The position numbers and the translations under genes are program-made. A stretch of DNA of 64,000 nucleotides from the NCBI RefSeq assembly GCF_032444005.1, contig NC_091282.1, positions 495,504,001 through 495,568,000 on the forward strand. The letters are read 5' to 3'. Source of the DNA: Ranitomeya imitator (taxonomy: Eukaryota). Each line of letters opens with the position of its first letter. Position 1 is the first letter of the stretch. The notes under the pieces were generated by a model, which ran no database searches, was not told the origin of the DNA, and was given only the letters and a program-made list of their open reading frames with translations. Positions 23,055 to 34,984 of the stretch are shown one piece after another.

Positions 23055-24854
23055 TGTTGTGAATTCTGTGGCAGAGCTCCCTCCTGTGGTCACAAGTGGT
23101 ACTTCGGCTGATTCTCTCTGTGAGCTTCCGTTGGTGGAGGAAAGTGGTACTGCGGCTTCTGAGTTTCCTTCCTCAGGTGATGTGGTGAAGTCGTTAGGTG
23201 ATGTGGTGAAGTCGTTAGGTGCTGCTCTATTTAACTCCACCTAGTGCTTTGATCCTGGCCTCCAGTCAATGTTCTAGTATTGGACCTGTTTCCTCCTGGA
23301 TCGTTCCTGTGGCCTGCTGCTCTGCATAGCTAAGTTCTGCTTTGCTATTTTGTTTGCTGTTTTTTTTCTGTCCAGCTTGTCTATTTGTTTTTTCCTGCTT
23401 GCTGGAAGCTCTGGGACGCAGAGGGTGTACCTCCGTGCCGTTAGTTCGGTACGGAGGGTCTTTTTGCCCCCTTTGCGTGGTTTTTGTAGGGTTTTGTGTT
23501 GACCGCAAAGTTACCTTTCCTATCCTCGCTCTGTTCAGAAAGTCGGGCCTCGCTTTGCTAAATCTATTTCATCTCTACGTTTGTCTTTTCATCTTAACTC
23601 ACAGTCATTATATGTAACATAGTTAGTAAGGCCGAAAAAAGACATTTGTCCATCCAGTTCAGCCTATATTCCATCATAATAAATACCCAGATCTACGTCC
23701 TTCTACAGAACCTAATAATTGTATGATACAATATTGTTCTGCTCCAGGAAGACATCCAGGCCTCTCTTGAACCCCTCGACTGAGTTCGCCATCACCACCT
23801 CCTCAGGCAAGCAATTCCAGATTCTCACTGCCCTAACAGTAAAGAATCCTCTTCTATGTTGGTGGAAAAACCTTCTCTCCTCCAGACGCAAAGAATGCCC
23901 CCTTGTGCCCGTCACCTTCCTTGGTATAAACAGATCCTCAGCGAGATATTTGTATTGTCCCCTTATATACTTATACATGGTTATTAGATCGCCCCTCAGT
24001 CGTCTTTTTTCTAGACTAAATAATCCTAATTTCGCTAATCTATCTGGGTATTGTAGTTCTCCCATCCCCTTTATTAATTTTGTTGCCCTCCTTTGTACTC
24101 TCTCTAGTTCCATTATATCCTTCCTGAGCACCGGTGCCCAAAACTGGACACAGTACTCCATGTGCGGTCTAACTAGGGATTTGTACAGAGGCAGTATAAT
24201 GCTCTCATCATGTGTATCCAGACCTCTTTTAATGCACCCCATGATCCTGTTTGCCTTGGCAGCTGCTGCCTGGCACTGGCTGCTCCAGGTAAGTTTATCA
24301 TTAACTAGGATCCCTAAGTCCTTCTCCCTGTCAGATTTACCCAGTGGTTTCCCGTTCAGTGTGTAATGGTGATATTGATTCCCTCTTCCCATGTGTATAA
24401 CCTTACATTTATCATTGTTAAACCTCATCTGCCACCTTTCAGCCCAAGTTTCCAACTTATCCAGATCCATCTGTAGCAGAATACTATCTTCTCTTGTATT
24501 AACTGCTTTACATAGTTTTGTATCATCTGCAAATATCGATATTTTACTGTGTAAACTTTTTTTTTTTTTTTTTTTTTTGTGGGGGCTGCCTTTTCCTTTG
24601 GGGTATTTCTCTGAGGCAAGGTAGGCTTATTTTCTCTCTTCAGGCTAGCTAGTTTCTCAGGCTGTGCCGAGTTGCATAGGGAGCGTTAGGCGCAATCCAC
24701 GGCTGCCTCTAGTGTGGTTGGAGAGGATTAGGGATTGCGGTCAGCAGAGTTCCCACGTCTCAGAGCTCATTCTATGTTTTTGGGTTATTGTCAGGTCACT
24801 GTATGTGCTCTGACCTCTATGTCCATTGTGGTACTGAATTACCTTATCATAACA
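23055..24854 (+). mobile_element. Solo LTR (TG...CA) with a CR1 fragment inserted in it
   Basis: Starts TGTTGTGAATTC and ends TCATAACA. GTTATC is duplicated on both sides (23049-23054, 24855-24860). Confidence 0.8.
23616..24556 (-). mobile_element. 5'-truncated CR1 LINE (RT C-terminus plus 3' UTR)
   Basis: ORF 23712-24470: DLDKLETWAERWQMRFNNDKCKV...[11 protein letters not shown]...LEKRRLRGDLI. The 3' tail AACATAGT lies at the left end. Confidence 0.95.
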
Positions 24855-26544
24855 GTTATCTCCGTTCACTAGCCAAGTTCTCACAATCAGCTGACCGCGA
24901 AAACTGCAGTGCACGTGACCGCTGGGGACCAAGTGATCATCTTCAAGCTCCGCTGTGTCTGGATGTCAGGCTGAATGGTGGCATAATACCACCGTTCAGA
25001 CAAAGGCATCCAGATGTAGCAGAGCTGGAGTCGACATGGGACAGTATGTTTATCTTTTCGGCGGACAGGTAAGGATATTGTTGCATTTTTATTTTAATTG
25101 TCTTTCAGGAGACAAGGGCGTTGGTCGACTAGGCAATGCATTAAGTATGGTTTAATTAAGATCAATTAAAGGAGTCTGTCATTATTTCAATTAAAAGACT
25201 TTATTCTGGCTGTGTCTTTATTTACCATACAACCATAGGATTAGCAATGGATAGGTGTCTTACAGACGCCCTTCCATTACTAATCTGTGGGCTTGATGTC
25301 ACCTGACAATACAAAGGTGACATCAACCCCACAAATATTACCCCACTTGCCACCCCTACAGGGAAAGTGCGAAGAGTCGGGTGCCACAATTGGTGCATCT
25401 TTGGATGTGCCAATTGTGGGGCGGCTGCGGGCTGCTATTTTTAGGCTGGTGAGGGTCAAAATCCATTGGCCTCGTCAGTCTGAGAATACCAGGCCGCAGC
25501 TGCTTTTTCCTTGGCTGGTTAACAAAAATAGGGGGACCCCACGCTATGTTTTTTGGAGGGGATTCCACTATTTTTGCTAACCATCCAAGGTAAGAAGACT
25601 GCTGCGGCCCGGTATTGTCAGGCTGGTAAGGTTCATGATATTGGATCCTTACCAGCCTGAAATACCAGACCGCAGCTGAATGCTTTTACCTTGGCTGGTT
25701 AACAAATATAGGGAGACCCCACGCTATTTTTTAAAAATTATTTATTAAAAAGGAGGGGACCTCTCTCTGTGCTTTCCTCTACTTCTTGCGTCATGTACTT
25801 CTGGCTGTGTCACAAGATTCACCATTATTTAAATTAGTACACATGCTTAGTAAGCTGCGTTCCCACACTTAATACGCATGTGACTAGGAAGATAATGCAG
25901 TTTTACCGCATCTAATGAAAGTGTATGGGTAATTTACGCAGCGGAGAATGAGCGTCTCCGCTACATAAACTTGACATACTACAGTCTGGAAAGACTCGCC
26001 ACATGTCGGTCTCTGCAGGGAATCAGTGCTCACATAGTGGGCATGGGATTTCTTGAAATCCCATCCACTATGCTGTAACAGCTGGACGCTGCAGTTGCAC
26101 GCAGCATCCAACCCGCAGAATTTACTGACTGTGGGAAAATACCCCCAATATATCTGCAAACTGGAAATCACTTTTTTCCTTCCCAGAAACCAACTTTCAA
26201 TTAGCTTTATTTCAAGTGACAAAAAAAACGCATGCAATGAAAAAACGCATGTAAAAAAATCTACAAAAACGCAGGTGATTTGCCAGAGACCTTAGATGCA
26301 GATTTCACCTGCGTCAAATCTTGAGCAAATACTGAGCCATTCCTGATCATGTGTGCATATCCTCAGAAGCACACTACTCATGTCTGGAAGTGAGCAAGAT
26401 GTCATCTTCACTTCTGGACATGCACTATGTCCTTCTGAAGTTGGGAGGCCTACATCCAGCTTCAGAGGAGCAATGATATGGACGAAAGAGCCGCACGCAT
26501 GCACGAGATTAGCATATTGAAGCCGACTTGCAAGTTATGTTATA

Positions 26545-27257
26545 CAGTGGGTACGGAAAGTATTCAGACCCCTTTGAATTTTTCACTCTGTTTCATTGCA
26601 GTCATTTGGTAAATTCAAAAAAAGTTAATTTTTTCACATTATTGTACACTCTGCACCCCATATTGACTGAAAAAAACAAATGTAGAAATGTTTGCAAATT
26701 TAATTAAAAAAACCTGAAATATCACATGATCTTAAGTATTCAGATCCTTTGCTCACACACTCATATTTAAGTCACATGCTGTTCATTTCCTTGTGATCCT
26801 CCTTGAGATGGTTCTACTCTTTCATTGGAGTCCAGCTGTGTTTAATTAAACTGTAGGACTTGATTTGGAAAGGCACACACTTGTCTATATATGACTTCAC
26901 AGCTCACAGTGCATGTCAGACCAAATGAGAATCATGAGGTCAAAGGAACTGGCCAAGGAGCTCAGAGACAGAATTGTGGCAAGGCACAGATCTGGCCAAG
27001 GTTACAACAGAATTTCTGCAGTACTCAAGGTTCCTAAGAGCACAGTGGCCTCCATAATCCTTAAATGGAAGAAGTTTGGGACCACCAGAAGTCTTCCTAG
27101 ATCTTGCCATCCAGCCAAAATGAGCAATCGTGGGAGAAGTGCCTTGGTGAGAGAGGTAAAGAAGAACCCCAAAATCACTGTGGCTGAGCGCCACAGATGC
27201 AGTAGGGAGATGGGATAAAGTTCCACAAAGTCAACTATCACTGCAGCCCTCCACCAG
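26545..27257 (+). mobile_element. Tc1/mariner 5' fragment (left TIR plus transposase HTH region)
   Basis: TA|CAGTGGGTACGGAAAGTATTCAGACCCC. ORF 26913-27218: MRSKELAKELRDRIVARHRSGQGY..ISAVLKVPKSTVASIILKWKKFGTT. Cut off at 27257 by the next element. Confidence 0.9.
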
Positions 27258-29758
27258 CAGGGCCGCCATCAGGGCATTACAGCCGTTACTGCTGTATGGG
27301 GCCCGGTCAGCAGCAGTACACAGAGGGGCCCGCAGATTCGGGGCCCCACTGTTGTGCTTCTACTGATCGGGCCCTATCATGCACTAAAATACTGTGCACT
27401 GCAGCGCACACGTCGGCGCTGGGGCCCGGGAGCCTTCTTGGAGCTGTGCACGGCCGTCTCACCTAGTCGGCTGCGCAGCTCCTGCTCGGCTGTAGCTAGA
27501 ATGTATGGGCTCCCTGCAGGTCCGGACTACAGCCCATACATTCTAGCAGTCTCAGTAGTGAATGTGCTAGAATGTAGGGGCTCCTGTCAGGTCCTCTCAG
27601 CAGCCCATACATTCTAGCTGCTGCTTCACTGCTGGAAACACTAGACGCCCCGGGAACGACTGAGGTAAGTATAAAAAAAATTTTTTGTTTTTTTTTAAAT
27701 AGGTGAGGTGAGGGGGAGTGAGACTGCAGATGATGGAGTGTGTTTTAGGGAGTACTGCACATGATGAAATAATAGGGGGCTGCAAATGATAAAGTGTATT
27801 TGAGGGGGTACTGCACATGAAATGATTGGGGCTGCAAATAATGAAGTAAGGGGGACTGCAGATGAAGTGAAGGGGGGATAGGGGACTGCAAATGATGATG
27901 TGGGGGCGATGTGGCCTGCAAATGATGATGTGGGGGTGATGGGAACTGCGAATGATGTGGGGGTGATGGGAACTGCGAATGATGTGAGGGTGATGGGAAC
28001 TGCAAATGATGATGTGGGGGTGATGGGAACTGCGAATGATGTGGGGGTGATGGGGACTGCAAATGATGATGTGGGGGTGATGGGAACTGCGAATGATGTG
28101 GGGGTGATGGGAACTGCGAATGATGTGATGGTGATGGGGACTGCAAATGATGATGTGGGGGTGATGGGAACTGCGAATGATGTGGGGGTGATGGGAACTG
28201 CGAATGATATGGGGGTAATGAGGACTGCAAATGATGATGTGGGGGTGATGGGAACTGCGAATGATGTGGGGGTGATGGGAACTGCGAATGATGTGAGGGT
28301 GATGGGGACTGCGAATGATGTGGGGGTGATGTGGACTGCAAATGATGTGGGGGGACTGCAAATGATGATGTGGGGGTGATGGGGACTGCAAATGATGATG
28401 TGGGGGTGATGGGGACTGCAAATGATGTGGGGGTGATGTGGACTGCAAATGATGTGGGGGGACTGCAAATGATGATGTGGGGGTGATGGGGACTGCAAAT
28501 GATGATGTGGGGGTGATGGGGACTGCAAATGATGATGTGGGGGTGATGGGGACTGCAAATGATGTGGGGGTGATGGGGACTGCAAATGATGTGGGGGGAC
28601 TGCAAATGATGATGTGGGGGTGATGGGGACTGCAAATGATGATGTGGGAGTGATGGGGACTGCAAATGATGATGTGGGGGTGATGGGGACTGCAAATGAT
28701 GTGGGGGTGATGGGGACTGCAAATGATGTGGGTGTGATGGGGACTGCAAATGATGTGGGTGTGATGGGGACTGAAAATGATGTGGGGGTGATGGGGACTG
28801 CAAATGATGTGGGGGGACTGCAAATGATGATGTGGGGGTGATGGGGACAGCAAATGATGTGGGGGTGATGGGGACTGCAAATGATGTGGGGGTGATGGGG
28901 ACTGCAAATGATGTGGGGGGACTGCAAATGATGATGTGGGAGTGATGGGGACTGCAAATGATGATGTGCGGGTGATGGGGACTGCAAATGATGATGTGGG
29001 GGTGATGGGGACTGCAAATGATGATGTGGGGGTGATGGGGACTGCAAATGATGTGGGGGGGACTTCAAATGATGATGTGGGGGTGATGGGGACTGCAAAT
29101 GATGTGGGGGTGATGGGGACTGCAAATGATGTGGGGATAATGGGGACTGCAAATGATGATGTTGGGGTGATGGGAACTGCAAATGATGTGGGGGTGATGG
29201 GGACTGCAAATGATGTGGGTGTGATGGGGACTGCAAATGATGATGTGGGGGTGATGGGGACTGCAAATGATGATGTGGGGGTGATGGGGACTGCAAATGA
29301 TGTGGGGGTGATGGGGACTCCAAATGATGTGGGGAGACTGCAAATGATGATGTGGGGGTGATGGGGACTGCAAATGATGTGGGGGTGATGGGGACTGCAA
29401 GTGATGTGGGGGTGATGGGGACAGCAAATGATGATGTGGGGGTGATGGGGACAGGAAATGATGTGGGAGTGATAGGGACTGCAGATGATGAAGTGTGTTT
29501 GAGGGGGTTCTGCACATGATGAAATGATGGGGGCTGGAAATTATGAAGTAAGGGGGACTGCAGATGAAGTGACGGGGGGGATAGGGGACTAAATGATGAT
29601 AGGGGACTAAATGATGAAGTGGGGGTGATGGGGACTGCACATGAAGTGAGTGTGAGGGACGTGGACAGCAATTGAATTGAAGGTGGGGGTGGGAAGAGCA
29701 AATGGTGTATTGAAGGTGGGAAGAACAAAATTAATTTTGAGGGTGGGGAAGAGCAATT
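27258..29758 (+). mobile_element. hAT-type non-autonomous element (CAGGGCCGCC left end) carrying a G-rich 18/21-bp minisatellite at ~27880-29480; right end not found
   Basis: Begins CAGGGCCGCCATCAGG. Repeat unit (GAT)GATGTGGGGGTGATGGGGACTGCAAAT. Truncated by the CR1 at 29759. Confidence 0.6.
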
Positions 29759-30505
29759 ACATAGTAACATAGTAACATAGTTAGTAAGGCCGAAAAAAGA
29801 CATTTGTCCATCCAGTTCAGCCTATATTCCATCATAATAAATCCCCAGATCTACGTCCTTCTACAGAACCTAATAATTGTATGATACAATATTGTTCTGC
29901 TCCAGGAAGACATCCAGGCCTCTCTTGAACCCCTCGACTGAGTTCGCCATCACCACCTCCTCAGGCAAGCAATTCCAGATTCTCACTGCCCTAACAGTAA
30001 AGAATCCTCTTCTATGTTGGTGGAAAAACCTTCTCTCCTCCAGACGCAAAGAATTCCCCCTTGTGCCCGTCACCTTCCTTGGTATAAACAGATCCTCAGC
30101 AAGATATTTGTATTGTCCCCTTATATACTTATACATGGTTATTAGATCGCCCCTCAGTCGTCTTTTTTCTAGACTAAATAATCCTAATTTCGCTAATTAT
30201 CTGGGTATTGTAGTTCTCCCATCCCCTTTATTAATTTCGTTGCCCTCCTCTGTACTCGCTCTAGTTCCATTATATCCTTCCTGAGCACCGGTGCCCAAAA
30301 CTGGACACAGTACTCCATGTGCGGTCTAACTAGGGATTTGTACAGAGGCAGTATAATGCTCTCATCATGTGTATCCAGACCTCTTTTAATGCACCCCATG
30401 ATCCTGTTTGCCTTGGCAGCTGCTGCCTGGCACTGGCTGCTCCAGGTAAGTTTATCATTAACTAGGATCCCCAAGTCCTTCTCCCTGTCAGATTTACCCA
30501 GTGGT
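29759..30505 (-). mobile_element. 5'-truncated CR1 LINE, same family as 23616-24556
   Basis: Near-identical sequence; (AACATAGT)n tail; broken RT ORFs 29870-30136 and 30193-30474. Confidence 0.95.
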
Positions 30506-30672
30506 CAGTATTTGGTCAGTATTTTACATCAGTATTTGTAAGCCAAAACCAGGAGTGGAACAAACAGAGGGGAAAGCTATAATAGAAACATATGCACCAC
30601 TTTTGCATTTATCACCCACCCCTGGTTTTGGCTGAGAAATACTGATGTAAAATACTGACCAAATACTGCTAG
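30503..30672. mobile_element. Short hairpin MITE
   Basis: CAGTATTTGGTCAGTATTTTACATCAGTATTT..AGCCAAAACCAGG / CCTGGTTTTGGCT..AAATACTGATGTAAAATACTGACCAAATACTG inverted arms. Confidence 0.7.
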
Positions 30673-30924
30673 TGTGATGGCAGCCTAACTGGGGGTAACT
30701 CCAACTGAAAAGTCCCTGGGCTGAGAATGGCCGACACCCGATATGGCCCAATCACCCTGGAACTCCAGGTCCCAGTTGCATACGTCCACCTGATGTTTTT
30801 GGTGGACACCTATACATACTCATTCACACACAGGTCCGGACCTGAACATTTATTTCCACGCATACGTTTGCCACAAGATGGTGAATTATTTTAGGAATTG
30901 ACAACAGAGGCATCCACCTGTGTC

Positions 30925-31450
30925 ACCACACTCACACCCCCACAATGCTCAGAGGGAACCACCACCACCCTCCCCTGACCCCTCCTCCTGAGGGGACTCT
31001 GACACTCAGGGTTAACATGTGGTGAGGTTGAGTAAAAATGGAGGAAATATACACTCCCTGATTGCCTCCCTCCACATGACCAAGGGGACAAGGCTTCTTA
31101 GATGGTTCAGATATTCTAGCGCGAGCTGGGCAGACACCGATGAAATGACCAGTCTGCCCCCAGTAAAAACATGCCTCCACACCTTGGTGAACCGCAGGTA
31201 ACCCCGTTTGGGAACCAACTCCTCCCACCTGCATGGGTTCATCCGTCTGCTCAGGTGTGTCCCCCTCCCTAGCAAGGACTATCGGGGGCACATTTTGTGT
31301 ATGTCTCTCCCTCAAGCGTCTGTCTACCCAGATGTCAAGAGACATGGTGGCTTCCAACGACCTGGGGGTGGCGTACTGCACAAGAGTATCCTGCAACCTT
31401 GAAGACAGACCCTGCCTAAAATGACTCCGAAGGGCAGGACATATAGGGAG
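30925..31450 (-). mobile_element. Degenerate Ty3/Gypsy gag (zinc knuckle) fragment
   Basis: ORF 30932-31396 contains SLEATMSL..VDRRLRER, EPMQVGG and CFYWGQTGHFIGVCP (CCHC knuckle with a C>W change). Confidence 0.7.
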
Positions 31451-31578
31451 GCTATAAAGATGGACATTACCGACTCACAGCCCAGACTGCGTCCAGTGCC
31501 TTCATCTGTCTCATTATAGGGAATCTTCTGCCGAGGATTCCATCTGAATCACGTATTTCAGAGACTTACACAGGATAA

Positions 31579-32327
31579 GGCCAGTTTCACACGTCCAGAT
31601 AATTCCGATACCGGAAAAATCGGTACCGGAATCATCCGTGTCCGTGTGCCGGTGCGTTTCTGTGGCACATCAGTGTGGCACACGTGTGCCGCCCGTGTGC
31701 CCACTGGGTACCACACGCACCGTGCAGGAGACAGCGCTAAAGTTTAGCGCTGTCCCCTGCATCTGGTGCTGAAGCCGCGATTCATATCTTCCCTGCAGCA
31801 GTGTTTGCTGTAGAGAAGATATGAATAATCGTGTTTATAATAAAGGTCCATGTCCCCACCCCCCTCCCACACCCTGCCTGGTGAGTATTTTAATAACAGC
31901 GGGGGTGCGCACAGGGGGTGGAAGGGGGGTGGGGACATGGACCTTTATTTTAAACATGATTATTCATATCTTCTCTACAGCAAACGCTGCTGCAGGGAAG
32001 ATATGAATCGCGGCTTCAGCACCAGTGGGGGGGACAGCGCTTACAGTAGCGCTGTCTCCTGCACGGCACACGGACTGCACACGGACAACGTCCGTGTGCG
32101 GTACGTGTTTTACACGGACCCATTGACTTTAATGGGTCCGTGTAATCCGTGCGCTCCCACGAACACTGACATGTTTCCGTGTTTGGCACACGGAGACACG
32201 GTATGCAAAAAATCAATGACATCTGCACAGATGCATTGATTTCACTGTGCCTACGTGTGTCAGTGGCTCCGGTACGTGAGGAAACTGTCACCTCACGTAC
32301 CGGAGCCACTGACGTGTGAAACTGGCC
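31579..32327. mobile_element. PIF/Harbinger-type MITE
   Basis: TAA|GGCCAGTTTCACACGTC ... GACGTGTGAAACTGGCC|TAA. Confidence 0.88.
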
Positions 32328-32862
32328 TAAATGTGCGCCGAGTCTTACTGCGAGCTTTAGGAGGCAGCGCAGGGGGGCTGATCAGAGAGCAGAGGGGGCT
32401 CAATCGCAGCATATAAGGGGTTAAAGTGCCAGGAGCACTGCCGCACGCAAAAATCGCCATGACGTATCTACATGTGCGAGGTCGGTAAGTACCAGCCAAC
32501 TTGGACTTATGGCTATATCTAAGGTCGTAAAGGGGTTAATAGTGTCTTTTCTGGTTACAGGTTCCCTATAAATCATACCGGAAAAAAAACAGATTACACA
32601 CTGATGACACTGGTACCTTTTTTTCCCAGTACTAGTATTATATGGACATGTGAAGAGGGCCTAAAAGTTGGGAGGTTTTTTGACGTTGCTTCTTTACTGC
32701 CAAGAGAGCAGAAAAAAACTGCATAAAAGATGTAACATGTGAACACAGCCTAAGTCTTCTTGGAAGGTATATCTAATGTGTATGGGGCTGTGCTGCCTGT
32801 GTGGGGAGAAGCGAGAGATTACATCGGCAGCACAACCACTGTGCAGAGCAATAGCCGCCATA

Positions 32863-33696
32863 GGCTACTTTCACAGTAGCGTCGTATGACGGGTGTCGCA
32901 ATGCGTCGTTTTGGAGAAAAATCGCATCCCGAAAAGTTGCCCGCAGGATGCTTTTTTCTCCATAGACTTGCATTAGCGACGCATTGCGATGTATTGCAAC
33001 ACGTCGCATTCGTCGTGCGACGGATGCGTCGTGTTTTTGGCGGCCGCGATGCCCAAAAAAGTTCCATGTTAGGCTACTTTCACACTAGCGTCGGTACGGG
33101 GCCGTCGCCATGCATCGGCCCGACGTACCGATGCAAACTGCGAAAAAAATGAACAACGGGGCAGCGGATGCAGTTTTACAACGCATCCGCTGCTCCATTG
33201 TAAGGTCCGGTGAGGAGGGGGCGGAGTTTCGGCGGCGCATGCGCGGTCGGAAATGGCAGACACGACGCACAAAAAACGTTGCATGCAACGTTTTTTTGTG
33301 CCGACGGTCCACCAAAACACGACGCATCCGTCACACGACAAATGCTACGTGTGGCCATACGTCGCAATGCGTCGCTAATGCAAGTCTATGGAGAAAAAAT
33401 GCATCCTGCAACTTTGCAGGATGCATTTTTTCTCCAAAATGACGCATTGCGACATACGTCACACGACGCTAGTGTGAAAGTAGCCTAATGTTTTTTGTGC
33501 GTCGCATCCGCCATTTTTGACCGCGCATGCGCGACCGAAACTCCGCCCCCGCCTCCCCGAAACTCACAATGGGCAGTAGATGCGTTGTAAAACTGCATCC
33601 GCTGCCCACGTTGTGCTAATCAATCACACTGTCTGTCGGTACGTTGGGCTGACGGTTTGCGACGGCTCGTACCGACGGACTAGTGTGAAAGTAGCC
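32863..33696 (-). mobile_element. Harbinger-type MITE (outer) containing a same-family copy in opposite orientation
   Basis: ATA|GGCTACTTTCAC ... GTGAAAGTAGCC|ATA; the internal modules are the reverse complement of those in 33072-33485. Confidence 0.8.
33072..33485 (+). mobile_element. Harbinger-type MITE (inner, nested)
   Basis: TTA|GGCTACTTTCACACTAGCGTCG ... CGACGCTAGTGTGAAAGTAGCC|TAA. Confidence 0.85.
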
Positions 33697-33789
33697 ATAT
33701 GTACCGCTCTCACCACACAGCTGCTCTGTAATACCCTGTGTGACCGCTGTACGCCGCTCACAGCCGCCCTCCGACCAGGCAGGAGGCTG

Positions 33790-33890
33790 CGTGACGTCAC
33801 CAGTCAGCTGAGAGCAGGGAACCTGCCCGGAGACAGGTGGGCGTGGTTAGCTGCATATAAGTGCACAGGCGCCAGAGGAGTGGCATTCTT
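33790..33890 (+). promoter_or_regulatory. PLIN2 core promoter
   Basis: Perfect CRE TGACGTCA at 33792-33799, TATAAG at 33856-33861 and initiator-like CATTCT 29 nt downstream (TSS ~33885), ~130 nt before the ATG. Confidence 0.6.
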
Positions 33891-34012
33891 CCCTTCAGAC
33901 AGCACCTGAGTGCTTGGGGCTTAGCCGGCAGTGGTGGTAGTTTGGCAGCAGAGGGTGGTGTCTTTTTCCGTCATCATTGTGCTTTGCTTTTTGTAGGTTT
34001 TCACTTAGCATC

Positions 34013-34039
34013 ATGGCTGAAACAGTGCAGCAGCAACAG
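34013..34039 (+). CDS. PLIN2: Perilipin-2 first coding exon (MAETVQQQQ)
   Basis: Acceptor TTTTTGTAG at 33996, ATG at 34013, donor CAG|GTAAGT. Phase 0 matches the next exon, and the size is similar to the short first coding exon of mammalian PLIN2. Confidence 0.75.
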
Positions 34040-34556
34040 GTAAGTACTTGTTTTGTCTTATGCAATGTGCAGGGATGCTGAGGAGCTGCTGTCATTACCA
34101 TGGTGTATATATGTATTGGCATGGAGTACATGTAGTGGTCACTCTACCCCTTTAGTATTAGGCTATGTGCACACGTTCAGGATTTCTCGCAGAAAATTCC
34201 TGAGAAAAACCTGAAGTTTTCTGCAAGAAATCTGCATGTGTTTTTGATGCTTTTTTTTTTTTTTTTTTTTTTTTTTGTTGGTTTGAGTTTTTATTGGGAA
34301 AAACCCGTGAAAAAACAGCAACGTGTGAACACAGCATTATACTGCTTCAGTTTAGATGGCTGCTGTCTAACTACAGGGTTATGCTGTAGGGTCAATGCTA
34401 TGGTATCACCATGTGCTGGGAAGAACCCATGTGTACCCCACTGTGTACATAATACATGTGCCCCCTTGTCCTGTAGGAGATGCCCACTTGAGCAGGCTAT
34501 GCACCCAGGTGTGGGGCTCTGCCATACGATGGTGCACGGTGTCAGGCCCAGGATCT

Positions 34557-34945
34557 CAGTGGCGTAGGAAGGGGGGTGCGGGGGGGGCGGTCCGCCCCGG
34601 GCGGCACAATGCTGGGGGCGGCCGGCGCTGCAGGAGAAGGGGGGGGGGAAAAAAAAAAAAAAAAAAAAAAAGACGCCCCTTTAAATCTTCGGGCGGCGCC
34701 GTCCGCCGCCACGACCAGGGCCAGCTCCCCCCACCACCGGACCCCGCCCCCCGCTCTATACTCGCCTCTCTTGGTTCCTGCGGCGCCGGCAGCTGCAGCG
34801 TCCTCTGACTCTGCGACGTCTCAGAGCAGAGGGCGCGATGACGTCACTACTGTGCGCGCCGCTCTGCCTCTCTGTCCTGAGCGTCGCAGAGCCGGAGAGA
34901 CGCTGACTGCACCGGACCTGTGCTGGGAACGGGAGAGGTGAGGAT

Positions 34946-34984
<39 letters not shown>

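Larger units (their letters stand above)
22680..26110. mobile_element. Old non-autonomous element or two inverted MITE copies: diverged inverted arms 22680-22945 and 25835-26110
   Basis: CTCCGCTGCGTAAATTACCCAT..GCGGTAAAACTGCATT..GGGAACGCAGCTTAC is matched in reverse at 25850-25950. Termini were not resolved. Confidence 0.5.

Noticed and set aside
27597-29803. Long His/Pro/Ser-rich ORFs (436, 702, 352 aa) resembling extensins or histidine-rich proteins
   Set aside because: All frames are open because the 18/21-bp G-rich minisatellite lacks stop codons; there is no gene context.
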